Positions 1 through 12,979 of a DNA stretch of 64,000 nucleotides are shown one piece after another. Source of the stretch: Mytilus californianus (taxonomy: Eukaryota); NCBI RefSeq assembly GCF_021869535.1, contig NW_026262734.1:33356001-33420000 (forward strand), read 5' to 3'. Positions within the stretch are counted from its first letter, which is position 1; each line of letters begins with the position of its first letter. Made by a program: the position numbers and the translations under genes. The notes beneath the pieces are model-generated. The model saw only the letters and a list, made by a program, of their open reading frames with translations. It did no database searches and was not told the DNA's origin.

Positions 1-2627
1 TATATTCAATTTTTGTTAAAATCAAACAAAGTTAAATTTTGGATCCCGATTTAGACCAATTGAAAACTTGGTCCAAAATCAAAAATATAAATACGTCTTT
101 AGATTCTGTATATCAAAGGACCCCTTAAATTCATTTTTTCAAAAATAAGTTTAATTTTGGACTATGTGGACAAATTTGAAAACCGTTCCCAAAATCAAAA
201 ATTTCAATACACAGTTAGATTCAGCATGTCAAAGAACGCCAAGAATTCACTTTTTTTTTTATTTAAATCAAACAAAGTTTAATTTTGGACCCGTTGGGCC
301 TAAATGTGGACCAATTTGAAAGAGGGCCCCAAAATTAAAATCTAAATATATGGTTAGATTCAGCATATCAAAGAACACCAATAATTCAATTTTTGAAGAA
401 ATCATACAAAGTTTAATGGTGGACAAATTAAACCTTAATATGGATCAATTCAAAAACAGACCCAAAACCCAAATAATAAATACCCAATTAGATTCAGCAT
501 ATCAAAGAACCCAAATAATTCAAGACTTTGAATAAAATCATATTGAAATTGCTAAAGAAATAAGCAATTTATACAAAGTATTACAAAAGAATTATTTTTG
601 GCCCCTTTTAACTAAACCGATACGGTTATAACCCTTAAATTCAATCCCAAACTGTATGTTATTATATAACCCCTTGTGGCACAATTAAATAGCAATAAAT
701 AGACTTATACTCAAGTTATTGTCCAGAAACTAGAAAATCCTTTTTTTTTTGCCCCTTTCATTACCCTAATTATTAAACGGTTTGGACCGTGATCCCCAAA
801 ATCAATCCAAACTTTCCCTTTGAAGTATGGAACCTTGTGGTAAAATTCACAGAGATCCAAATTCTTATACACAAATTATTGTCCTGAAACATGAATAAAC
901 TGTTAACACAGAGATATGTCTCGCCTTTTTGTTATTTTGATAATGCAAATGTTGAAATAAAAAATAGCAATAATTAAACATGTAAGTTATGCAAATATTG
1001 AAAGTCAATGAACCATGACTGAAGGTACATGGTTATACAATCTCCATTGAAATAAGATGTGCCAATGCTAATACAATAAAATTATTGCATACCAAATACC
1101 ATTGACTTATCATAAGTCATTCCCTTTAAACAAACCTAAACACAAACATTAACTTGTAAAAGTTTCAAAGTTAATGAACCATGATGAAGGGGTGGGGCTA
1201 TATTATCTCCATGGAAACGAGACTTGCAAATGCCAATAAATTTGCATACCAAATATCATTGACTTAACATTAGCAGTTCGTCTTTAACTGATCTAATCAC
1301 AAACTAAAACATGTAAACAAAGCAAAAGTTTGAAAGTCAATAGATCATGACTAAGGGGGCAGGGCCAAATATTCTCCATGGAAATGAGATGTGCTAATGT
1401 TAATACAACTGCATACCAATTAACATTGGCCTACCACTAATGGTTCCCCTTGAACTGACCTAATCAGAAACTAATACATGTAAACTGAGCAAAAGTTTCA
1501 AAGTGAATAGACCATGACTGAGGGGGCAGGGCCAAATAATCTCCATGGAAATGAGATGTGCCAATGCTAATACAACTGCATACCAAATTTTATTGACCTA
1601 CCACTAGTGGTTCACCATAAACTAGACCTAATCACAAACTTATACATTGTTGACGCCGCCGCCGCCGCCGCCGCCGCCGGAAACAGCATACCTATGTCTC
1701 GCTTTATGACTTCGTCAAGGCGAGACAAAAATGCTTGTTTATGACTCCTTTTTGGTCCCTAATTACTAAAATTTTAAGGTTACAACAATAACCCCTAAAA
1801 TAAATCCCAACCTTCCAATTGCGATAAGGAACCCTTTGCTCAAATTTAATAGAGATCCATTCACTTATACTCTAGTTATTGTCTGTGAACCAGAAAAAAT
1901 AGTTGTTTTTGTTAGCCCTTTTTTGGCCCCTAATTATTAAACGATTTTGGCCATGACCCCCCAAAAATCAATCCCAACTTTTCTTTTGAAGTATGGAACC
2001 TTGTCGTAAAATTTCATAGAAATCTTCACTCTTATACACAAATTATTGTCCTGAAACATGAAAAATGCTCTTTGACCCGTAATTAATAAACAGCAACTAC
2101 AATAACCCACAAAATGAATCCCAACCTTCCTATTGTAGTATGGAACATTGTGCTAAAATTTAATAAATAGAGATCCATACACTTATACTCAAGTTATTGT
2201 CTGTGAACCAGACAAATAAAAATGTTTTTGTTAGGCCCTTTTTAGCCCTCTAATTCCTAAACAGCTATGACATTAACTCCCAAAATTAATTCCAACCTTC
2301 ATATTGTGGTGTGGAACCTTGTGCTAAAATTTAATAGAGATATATACCTTTATACTAAAGTTATTGTCTGCGAACCAATTTATTTTCTATGAACCAGTAA
2401 AACGGACCTTTTATGGCCCCTAATTACAAAACTGCTAGGATAATACTCCCAAAAAAAAAAACAATCCCAACCATCCTTTAGTGGAATGGAACCTTGTGAT
2501 AAAATTTCGTAGAGATCCATACACTGATCCTCAAGTTATTGTCTGTGAACCAAAATGTCTTCGGACGCAGACGCAGACATCGCCATAACATAATACGGAC
2601 GCAAAAATTTTTGCAGTCGTATAAAAA
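1..2627 (+). mobile_element. Satellite-carrying non-autonomous Helentron/DINE-like element, family A, copy 1 (5' end outside the window)
   Basis: 126-136 bp tandem units (1-~520), then ~160 bp units (~620-2560), then a GAC-rich tract and terminal hairpin ATACGGACGCAAAAATTTTTGCAGTCGTATAAAAA. Same layout as the copies at 27942-32462 and 49371-52784. Confidence 0.7.
896..1727 (+). mobile_element. Family B-related element nested in the ~160 bp array of A copy 1
   Basis: 5' ATGTCTCGCC, about four 166-bp tandem units (AAAG anchor at 1001, 1167, 1333, 1499), a (GCC)n tract and hairpin TGTCTCGC...GCGAGACA. It interrupts the host unit ATGAA^AAATGC. Confidence 0.7.
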
Positions 2628-5583
2628 TATATCATATATGTTAGGACAGGCCTGAATTGGTGAAATGTGTGTCACTTTAATGGAGCATATCCTAGTACGC
2701 TCATATAGTTTTCGCAATTTGAATTCTCAATTGTGCGTAAAGGAGAGAATAATAGTAAAATGGTTAACGGTTTCTCCACATTCCAAAGTGACACGATTGT
2801 GCATCTTTATAACATCTTTTTGTCTTAGGCGTGAAAATAAAATATGGATATGAAAAAAACTTCAATAACAAAAAGATAATTTAAAAACTTAACCAAAAAA
2901 TAACAACCAAGACTGAACAAACAAAGGCAAAACAGAAATTCAAGTCAACAAAGCACGAAATGTAGGTCAGAGTGACTTACTTTTAAGGTTGTTATGATCC
3001 TTAAGTTGCACCCTACACCGATACACGTATCTAACTCCGATTTTACTACTTACCATGTATAACGTTTCATTATCTTGAAATCATGTTTTATTCAGTGGAA
3101 CTAGAGAACACAAAACGTACCAAATGATACGTCAGTTTATGCTTAACCAAAATGTTTGACACCGACAAAGTACACTGAATGATAGACTTTCAGTAGCCAG
3201 CAAAATAACATACACGTAACAACATTTTATGAGTTATGAATGTAACCTGTTTTGAACTAGATGACACGATGATCAGGATTTTTTTGTAAGACATACTATC
3301 CAACTCGGACACAATAATTTGATTCAGAGTCAACCGACCAGTATTTGCTCTTCCTAAAAATTCCCCTTGCTTGACAGAGAAGCAGCAAATACCAATTTCA
3401 AAGTCTTTGGCCTGACCCTATTGGGAATTGAAACCACGATCCCTCAGGTTAATTGCAAAAGGCAAAATAAAAAACACTAAACATTCGTTTGTTAATTAAA
3501 TATAATTTGTAAAACTGAGATATTTTAAAAAGTTAACAAATACAGTATATTGTAAATAAAAATACAATCTTTTTTCAAAAGACGAATAGAGTACGAGACC
3601 AGTGTATTCATACCATTAAGACATATCACAATAAGCAAGATGAGAATGTTTAAAATCTGAAATACAAGCACCATACTGAACACTATGATAGGAAGGCAAA
3701 ACAATGAAAGAATCTTGATAATTATGGGTCAGTAATGTAAAATGTGTAACTGTCATTAATGCTTTACTAAGTGGACATATATACCAGAGCAGGAACCAAT
3801 AGAAGAGTGGGATGTACGTAAAAATAAGACAGCAACTAAACAACATAAGCTTTCAAAAAAAAAAAGAAGATTTCTGGAGGACACTGCAGTATGGCCAGTT
3901 GTGTTGTAGATTTCAACAACTCGCATGGTTCCCTAGAATTAAATTATCTGTTTAAATGTATTTCACATAATATCCACAGTGAAACTCTGTTCCTTGGTGC
4001 TAGCTACTTTACATTTTTTAATATTAAACTTAAAAATTATCACTTTAATGAAACACTATGATTAGTAGCAGTTAACTCATAATATAGATATCTATCAATG
4101 AAATGATGTTAAAAGAAGCATCAGTCTACAAGTTGTTTAAGATTTCAGTTTTTAACATAGATTTAAAATATTATGAAAGGCTATTATGTGATGTTTGTTA
4201 ACATATGTATGGATTCTATTCAAGAAATTAATTATTTGAATAAGCATTGAAATAACAAAAATAATAAAGAATGAAATCAACCTCTAACACATATGCAAAA
4301 TATAAATTAAATCTGCACGAAAGTCTAAATAAGCCCAAGAAGAATAAATGCTCTGTTGTAAGGTCCTATTTGTAAATGTGTCACACAATGGGGAACTCCT
4401 TGGACTTCTAATCAACAGCAAAAGAATAAGTTTAGCAAGAACAATCCTCTGATCATATTGTTTAGCATGGTTTGAATGACACATGAAATTGATTTAATTT
4501 TCCCCTCATCATTTTATATAGTTTAAATATAAAAATAAGGAGACATGGTATGATTTCAAATGAGACAACTATCTGCCACAGACAAAATGTCAAGGACGTA
4601 AGCAACTGCAGGTCACTATAAGGCCTTCAACAGTGAGCAAGAACCATACAATAAGTAAGCTATAAATAGTCCTAGGAGAACAAAAAGAGAAACCCAGTGG
4701 CCTGATTGAAGCTTATTACATTTACAAAAAAAATAGTTATGATAGACAGCAACCAACAACAACCACTGGACTACTGGCTCTAGACTTGGGACAGGTGGCG
4801 GAGCACTGCTTCATTCTATGGTGGTAGGGATCTTAAATTTCAGATCAGTATACGTACCACAACAACAATCACATAGTTCATAAAGGATTGATTGATTGTT
4901 GGTTGCTCAATGTCCAGTGGCAAATATTGTTCATAAAGGACTAGCTCGACCAACAAAGTAAAAAATGCACAATCACACAGATTTTATCAAGGACTTGCAA
5001 GACAAAACATCTCAAACATATAAAGATGTGTTTTGATTATATATGTCCTCTGCTGGTTACTATCTCAATGACATATTAAGTTGTGGCAATCATGTATGTT
5101 TTGTGTGGTTTATTCGGTTACTTTTTTACAGAATTCTATCTTGGTATTTACAATATATTAAATATAAATCAGAAGATGTGGTATGAGTGCCAATGAAACA
5201 ACTCTCCATCCAAGTCACAATGTATAAAAAGTCAAAGTAAAGACTGACAAAAGAAATCATTTTAAAAAATCTTTGCTTTTGATATGTCTTTACATAAAAA
5301 GGATATTAAACAGAAATGACCCAATATTTTGGACAGTCCATAAGACCAAACAAAACACCAAAACCAGACTCCTTGAAAAAGACTCAGGTACAAACAAAAA
5401 CAATCAACAACATATTCAAATACTGTATTAGTGGCTGCAACATGGCCAAATCCAACCTGCAAAACCTTCAGGGGTTTGGGAGGCACCCTTGCCACCTGAT
5501 CTCATTTAAAAGGACTTCTGACCTTTAAATATGTTAAAAACCGTAAATCATATCAGTTTAGAACTATATAGTTTGCTTTTCAA

Positions 5584-5683
5584 TGACCTTTTGACACGAG
5601 GCAATCTTCAAATGTGACTTTGTGACCTGAGGCAATTCTTAAATATGACCTTGTGACCTGAGGCAATTTATGAATTTGACCTT
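5584..5683. repeat. Short ~32 bp tandem repeat (about 3 copies) containing TGACCT half-sites
   Basis: GAGGCAAT...TGACCTTGTGACCT repeated. A perfect DR2 lies at 5646-5659. Confidence 0.55.
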
Positions 5684-8600
5684 GCTGCCCTTTTTTGTTT
5701 GAAATACAACCATCCTTAGATGAACATTTTGTAAAGGCAGAACATAGTTATTGCAATTATTTAATTATCTAATCATTTAATCCTAAAATTTAATAAATTG
5801 ATAAAAGATAAAATTGATGAAAGAAAACTTTAAAAAAAAAATGGTTACACTTACTGAATGAATGACTATACTTGGCAAGAAACTTATTAACATATAAAGC
5901 TGAAAATACACTGCAAAGAGATCAGGGAAAATTAATCTTATATAGAATGAGTGACATAGAGAAACTGAATCCAGATATATTGCTACATAATAAAATAAAA
6001 CAACATAAAGTAAACCTCTTCAACATATTTTACATTTTGTGAGATTTATTACATGAATAGTTTATGTGTTAATATGCCTTGTATTTCCTTGTTTAAGATG
6101 ATATAAGATATTATCATGATTATATTAGTGTAAAATCCAAATAATAGGATTGTTACTGAATAACAAAAATAGACAATAAATAATATAAAATTAGTTTAAA
6201 ACAAAACATCTCAATTATTAAAAAAAATGTTTTTACGTTAAATTAGTATTTCTTGTATGTTTTTCAAACAAATTAACATTTATATCTTCCTGTAATTTCA
6301 ATGTGAAAAAAAAATGAGATTTTGAAAAACAAGCACATGGGAATTAGGTGTCGAATGGCAGGGGCATTACATTTGTGCCAATTTTTTTTAAAATGCAGTA
6401 TTTTATTTGCGGCACAGGGTTGTATTTCATTTGCTCCATGGCAGATCTTTGATTTTCTTTAAAATTTCTTAAATATTTTTTTACTTGTTGGGATTTAGTG
6501 TTTGAAATATTGTATAAATAACTGTCTGTTATTGAAGACCATATGTTGACCTACAAAGTTATATATATTCCTTTCAGTTTTTTGTGTTTGGTTGCTGTCT
6601 AATTGATGCATACCCCATATCTCCTTCTATTCTTGCATGAACAAATCTTTATTTTTCAATAATTTTTATGTAATATATGTTATCTTTTATGCCTTTTAAA
6701 AAAGACTTCATCAAGAAGATTATGAATTCAGTGGTAAAATATGATAATCATTGCAAAATGACATGGGTGTGGTAAAATTTCTGGCTTATTTTCAGAAAGT
6801 TGGTTTCATGGTTAATATGTTAAACACCTTACGAAAAGGAAAATAACTCATAAAAAAACTTGTTGACTGTAGTTTTCATTAGTTTTTCAGATTTGGGCAA
6901 CTTAAATAAAATTATGTCACAGAAAAAGCTGACAAATACATGTATTTAATGAAAATAATCTCAATTTTATCATTTAAAAACACTAAATGTGATGGATACA
7001 TGCATTTCATAAAAAATTCACAAACCCGAAACTAAAAAATGCAATCAACTCTTCTTATAAAACAAACAAAAAACCATTTAAAAGTATCTGAACAGCATCC
7101 TGATAAACATCGATTTTGAAATGCCATCTTGTTTCTAGAAATTATAGTATTACATCGATCATGTCCATAACACAATCTATAAGAAATCATTTTTGATAGC
7201 ATCACTTTCAAGCAATACATTATCACACTAGAGGGGATGCTCATTTCCCAAATACCCCTTTTTTGTAATTTTTTCCAACATCCCAAAAGTTTGTCGTTTC
7301 CCTCACATTAAAAGGCCCTGAGAAGAACACTGTGGTAAACAAAGTCATAAAGTACTGAAGACACTGTAAAACTTTCATTTAAATCCAGACATGAATGCAA
7401 GAGATGTCAACCTCTTTAGTAAATACACTTGTATGGCATAGGCCATGTTTTGCCATGGGAAACCCCCAAAATCATTTTGATAAAAAAGAAATATACCAGA
7501 ATAATGCCCTCAGGTAGTAAAGATTCTCTGAAGTTACACTGAAAACAATTACTTATTGTGAAATATTGCACACAAATTGAAGATGGCGAGACAAACAAAC
7601 AATCAAACAAATGAAAGATAAATGAAATGTAAACTCAAATTGCTGTACCCCCTTTACTTAATTGGGGATGGGAGATATAATAAGCTAATCATGTATTATT
7701 TCAGTTACCTCCATCTTAATTATCGCCTGCATTTTGAAAATTTAAAGCCTCACTACACAATGTGTAACCTTAGAAAAACTAAAGAGTTGGACTTATTAAT
7801 AAGGCATATATGTAACTGTTTAGCCGGATCATTTCTAGAACCTCATAGGTATAAAGATTTTTGGTGTTTGCAGACATGAAGGCAATTGTAGAAGATTAAA
7901 ACCCCATTCTTGTGAAATTTTATGACATGATATAGTAATTTGCTCCTAAAGAGAAGTGCTAATTTCTAGTACATAATCTGACTATAGGAAAAGGCATTAA
8001 CAATAGTAATACAATTATCTGGTTAGTACATCAAAGGAAATAAAAATTTAACCATCCTTCCTGGTTGCAAGATCAATTGATTATTGAAACAATTTCTACA
8101 TAATTCAATTAATGATCATAAAATGTAAACTTCCGTTGATCTACCCCCAAATCTAATGTCAAATTGTTGGAATGTATATAATCTGCAGCTTTTTACTATC
8201 TTCTTTATTACTATCCTTTTTAATATGTCTGTATGTGATGTGTTAAATTTTTCATATTACCGATGTCAATACAAATTTTATTTTACATAAGTACTAGTCA
8301 CAACACTATCTGAACAATGAATTCCTTAAGGCAAAAATCTAAAACGGATTGACCCAAACAGCAAAAATCGGAAACACCAAAATTTAACTATTAATTTTTA
8401 ATAAAAACACCGTAAATATCCTGAATTATGGTATCTATTGTGCTTCAACTCAGGGAAGTTTCTCAGCTACATCTGATATCCCTCGACTTTCACCCTTCGA
8501 TGAGATTGTAGCAGAGAAAGTCCCTCTGGTTTTCAGAATCAAGGATTATCTATAATTACAGTCATAACATTGGCCCAGAAAGTGAAAAGGCCTTAACAAT

Positions 8601-9798
8601 ATCAACTTAAGAGGTGCTAAACCAGTGGTTATGGATACATGCATCATTCTTCACCAAACTTTCATGATATAATACATACTTTGATCTTTGAGTTACAATA
8701 TATATATATGTATTAGATAAAATAAGCATGATAAAAAATTCTCTGTTTATACATTGTTGTGCATATAGAATCCACCAATTAAAAAACAAACACAAAGACA
8801 AAATACATGATGAGTACTCATTAAAAGACCCTAAACATGCTGAAGGTGGCACAATAACCATGTGATAACCATATCTGATCAAGTATGATCACAACATTTG
8901 CTAAAATATCCAAAACATCTGAAAATTGTGTTTCTTTGATATACGGGTAGAATGGGTTTGAAAATATGTGCTTATAAAAAGTCTTAAATGTTTATGAGAA
9001 AAATAATGCATTTTTAAAGACTTTCTGTAAAATAGAAACAAAACATTTATCAAATCACTGCAGAAAATTTTAAATTAAAAGCATTATGAATAAAATGATG
9101 AAACCATATTAAAATTTCTATTCAAATTGCAATATAGAATATAAATAACAGTTAGTGTTTAGCAATTATGGGAATGTATAATCAATTATATTTCAATTTA
9201 ATTATAATTCATTTTAATATAGATATATATATATATTTTAAAACAAAGTAAAACATGAAAAAATGTAAGTTGAGGTTAAATTTTTATTTCTCTTTACTGA
9301 CACGAAGACTGCCTTTACCAGTTTAAAAATGATAAAATTGACAGTTTAATATGTAAATAAAATACAAAATAAGTTCATTGTTATTTCACTTTCTCTTCAT
9401 CATCAATTCAGGATCATACATAATTGATTGTAAGCATCAGTTTGCTTTCAAAGGGAGATAATTGATCGTTTTGAGATAATTGTTACAACAATATCATGAT
9501 TAAAGTAATTGTACTATCAAAGTCTTTCAGTAGTCATGGTAGTAGTAATTTAAAATCTTAAAATAACAAATACCCTGTTATGCTCAATGTCAGGGGATGT
9601 CTGAAGTATGAATAGATAGGATTTACTTTGTATACCTTCAGCTATGTAACTGGGTTTTAAAAAGTTGGTAATCATTAAAATAAATAAATAAAATGAATTA
9701 TAATTTAAATATAAGACATCAAACTACTAAAATGGGAACACAATACAACCATTATGTGTAACACATGTATTCCATGATTGGATTAACAATGTTTTTGG

Positions 9799-10533
9799 CT
9801 ATACACTGGAACTTGTTAGATCTTCAACCAAACATGATGTCCTTGCACCCCATAATTCTTTCATATGTTTGATCTGATTCCCATATTCTTCATGCATTTG
9901 AGCAAATGTTTTATGTTTCGGTTTTGCATCATCATAAAAATGAAAATTAGCGGAGTCTGTCAAGCATGTCAAGTTTTCTTCTGAGGTATTGAACGGGTTA
10001 AATCTTTTCAAAGGTTGTGTGATATTTTCAACTGATTCTTCCGTATTCTCCTGATATGAGTTTCTTTGGTCTAAATTTCCATAAGTTCCTGATAAAATAA
10101 GACTGTCTCTCATTGCATCCTCTACAAGTTTTGCATCTTCATTTAGATCCTGTAATTGTCTATGAAGTTCTGACACCATAAGTTTCATATAATCATAACT
10201 TGCTCTTGAAAGGACTTTCATCCATGCTTCCATATCCTCTTGTGAATCTGCAGCAATAATGTAAGTCCTACAACCAGAGGCACTAAATTTTACTTGAAAA
10301 ACAAACCCGTCTGTATCCTCTGACAACTCTATAGTACATCCTTCAAGTATAATAACTCCTATAGGTTCTTTGTCATTGCGCTTTTCATAGTAAAATAATA
10401 AATTTCCTTTCAACACAAACCATCTCCTTTGATAACCTTTATTAAAATCTCCTCTTTTCAGTAAATATCCTTCTTTGTCTGCTGGGGCTCCTGATGAAGC
10501 AAATTTAGTTAAACTTTTGTCATTTATTTTCAT
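9799..10533 (-). CDS. PHETA1: Sesquipedalian / PHETA (FAM109/IPIP27) PH-domain endocytic adaptor, single coding exon, 244 aa
   Basis: MKINDKSL start resembles vertebrate MKLNERS. PH domain KEGYLLKRG...RRWFVLKGNLLFY...EPIGVIILEGC...WMKVLSRAS, a coiled coil, and C-terminal F&H motif FAQMHEEYG (OCRL/INPP5B binding). Likely co-ortholog of PHETA1/2. An in-frame ATG at 10554 is an alternative start. Confidence 0.9.
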   Translation of the reverse strand: MKINDKSLTKFASSGAPADKEGYLLKRGDFNKGYQRRWFVLKGNLLFYYEKRNDKEPIGVIILEGCTIELSEDTDGFVFQVKFSASGCRTYIIAADSQEDMEAWMKVLSRASYDYMKLMVSELHRQLQDLNEDAKLVEDAMRDSLILSGTYGNLDQRNSYQENTEESVENITQPLKRFNPFNTSEENLTCLTDSANFHFYDDAKPKHKTFAQMHEEYGNQIKHMKELWGARTSCLVEDLTSSSV

Positions 10534-10914
10534 TTTATCCTTGTGTCTATTCATCAGATTAACAGGAAAGTTCACAGTTTATGACCTGAGTTTTTAAGTA
10601 GCTTATAAATACACCAAGCAACTTCCTATTTAGGTTTCACTGTGTCAGTGATGTCACTGTCATGGAGCATTTCATACTTACTTTCATTTTCAAAGTGAAA
10701 GTGGGCGTGGCATTCAAGGGTAAATGTGAAGATTGCGTCTACAGTTGATTGAAATTACAATATTTCATTTGTGTAGTCTTTTGAAGTTAGAACCTGGGTT
10801 TAAGCTTAACAAATATTAAGTAGCTTAAATAATTAAAAGTTCGAAACATTCGGACTCTACCTTCTATTCCTAAATCAGGTGACCAAGCACTCTTGAGTCA
10901 CATGACTATGCAAA
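10534..10914. promoter_or_regulatory. Putative bidirectional promoter between PHETA and PLBD2, with a GC box and CLEAR-like E-box
   Basis: About 380 bp separate the divergent ATGs. GTGGGCGTGG at ~10701, GTCACATGAC at 10897-10906, and a minus-strand GTAAGT donor at 10676-10681 suggesting a PHETA 5'UTR exon. Confidence 0.55.
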
Positions 10915-11093
10915 ATGGCAGACGACAGAGTATTTTTGTTTGCTTGTATGTTTGGGGCATTTATTTCCATATGCTATGGGGAAATTGTTTCAGTAACGTA
11001 CAATAAAAATAGTCAGGAATATAAAATTCATCGGCACGAAGCTCCGGAATGGGTTGCATTAGCAGAATTTAAAAATGACATCAATAATACTGG
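10915..11093 (+). CDS. PLBD2: Phospholipase B-like 2, exon 1 of 11 (whole CDS 1704 nt, 567 aa)
   Basis: Signal peptide MADDRVFLFACMFGAFISICYG, ending ...NDINNTG^gtagg. All 11 exons join in frame. Confidence 0.9.
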
Positions 11094-11991
11094 GTAGGTT
11101 TTAATTAATCTGTATACGTATATATGATTAATCTGCTAGTGCAGGGACTTTCTATACTGTCCCTGGTTAGTGTTAGTTGTAAGAAGTTATATATTGGAAG
11201 TTGTCTTCAGTTTTTAGAACTAATCAACCATAATTAAATCTTAAACAATAAAATTATTTAATTCTAAATTTTCTGAAAAGAATGTTTCAGACGTGCATAC
11301 TTGCCGAAGAACCATTTCTAGCAGGGAGACTCTCCCTCTTTTTCCTGTTAAAAATTTGACATCTCCCTCTTTGTGTCACCACTGAATTTGGTCTCTGTTG
11401 GATAGTTGTTCCATTGAAAATCGTACCACAATATAACCACATCTTCTTATTGTATAGGGTTTTTGTCTGATTGTAATCTTATAAGGAAGCTACATTTATT
11501 CTAAGATTAATATAACATATACAGATTTATTTTTAAATGTAATCTTATAAGGAAGTTACATTTATTTTAAATGATAAGTTTATCATGTGTATTCACTTTT
11601 TAAATACACATTAAGACTATTTATAGGGGGGAAGTACATAGTTTAGTTAAAAAAACTTTAAATTCAGAATTACAAAATGTATACATTGGAGGGCATATTT
11701 GAGCTCCACAATTGCTCCCACTTTTAGACTGTTTGGTCATAAAGTAAATTTTAACTTTATTAGTCAGAGGTCAAAGAAAACATGAGGAAAAATATCAAAG
11801 TTTCTAGATAAAATGTCTAGAGCTCCAGTCATCATTGTCACTCATGCATACAAATTAATATGGGACAGGGCTACCGGTATTCCAAATAAGAATGACATCT
11901 TGAAGGCTATTCTAATTTTTTATTGTGACACCTTCCTTCCATCTGTATCATTATTTAACATGTTTAACAAGGAATGCTTATATTGCAACAG

Positions 11992-12235
11992 ATGGGCATA
12001 CCTTGATATCAAGACATCTACAAATTATGACGATGAGCAACAAGCCTTTGCTGCTGGGATGGCAGAGGCTTCACATTCGTCCAATCTTATGCATGATCAC
12101 TGGATGAATACTGTGGATGGTTACTGTACAAAACCATACAGTGCATATTGTACAAAATTACAGACATTTTTACAGACTAACCTGGACTGGATGAATGAAC
12201 AGATAAAAACAAATACATCTACATATTGGCACATG
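11992..12235 (+). CDS. PLBD2: PLBD2 exon 2
   Basis: cag^ATGGGCATAC; WAYLDIKT...QAFAAGMAEA...YWHM^gtagg. Confidence 0.92.
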
Positions 12236-12419
12236 GTAGGATTAATGTCATAAGATTATTATTTCACAGAAGAAAAAAAAAACTGGTTAGGCAGGGATTT
12301 TTCTGAAACAATTTACTTTATGTCCTATAATGAAAACTTCTTGGCTTTGTATTGAGTTGCTAATATGTATGCATTAAAACATTAACTTCTGAAAGAATAA
12401 CACTGATAATTTAACTCAT

Positions 12420-12700
12420 CAAATAAAATTGAGAATTGAGAATGGAAACAGGGAATGTGTCTAAGAGACAACAACCCGACCAAATAGCAGAAAACAGCCG
12501 AAGGCCACCTATGGGTCTTCAACACAGCGAGAAAATCCCAGACCCGGAGGCAGGCTTCAGTTGGCCCCTAAACGAAAATGTGTACAGCGAAAAAGGACAT
12601 CACACTAAGCTCCGAAACATATAAATGAACCAAAATTGAAAAAAACATACAAGACTAACAAAGGCCAGAGGCTCCTGACTTGGGACAGTTGCAAAAATAT
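12420..12700 (-). mobile_element. Dispersed SINE-like repeat family R2 (other copies ~22495-22825 and ~32735-32985)
   Basis: Shared end CCATTCTCAATTTTATT and shared body (GGCCTTTGTTAGTCTTGTATG, CCTGTCCCAAGTCAGGA) in three copies. SINE status is inferred. Confidence 0.55.
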
Positions 12701-12804
12701 GGCTGGGTGAATAGAAATAAGAAGATGTGGTATGAGTACCAATGAGACAACTCTCTATCCAAGTCACAATGTGTAAAAAGTAAACAATTATAGGTCAAAG
12801 TATG

Positions 12805-12979
12805 GCCTTTTACATGTTTTGTGAGATCTCAACCCTCCCCCTATACCTCTAGCCAATGTACAATGTAGAATAAATATACTTTATTGCAAAGCAATAAAGT
12901 ATATTTATTCTACATTGTACATTGGCTATGGCTAGAGGTATAGGGGGAGGGTTGAGATCTCACAAAACATGTAAAAGGC
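12805..12979. repeat. 175-bp near-perfect inverted repeat (foldback) in PLBD2 intron 2
   Basis: Arm 12805-12887 is the reverse complement of 12891-12979, except for a 6-nt bulge; loop AAA. Confidence 0.9.

Noticed and set aside
8460-8515. Weak hairpin CTCAGCTACATCT...AGATTGTAGCAGAG
   Set aside because: Short and imperfect, with no SECIS or snoRNA motifs recognised.
10555-10575. Upstream GTG/TTG starts in the ORF track for PHETA (10575), XBP1 (36827) and the intronic extensions of PLBD2, HVCN1 and TWNK ORFs
   Set aside because: Prokaryote-style start calls; splice sites and homology place the real boundaries elsewhere.
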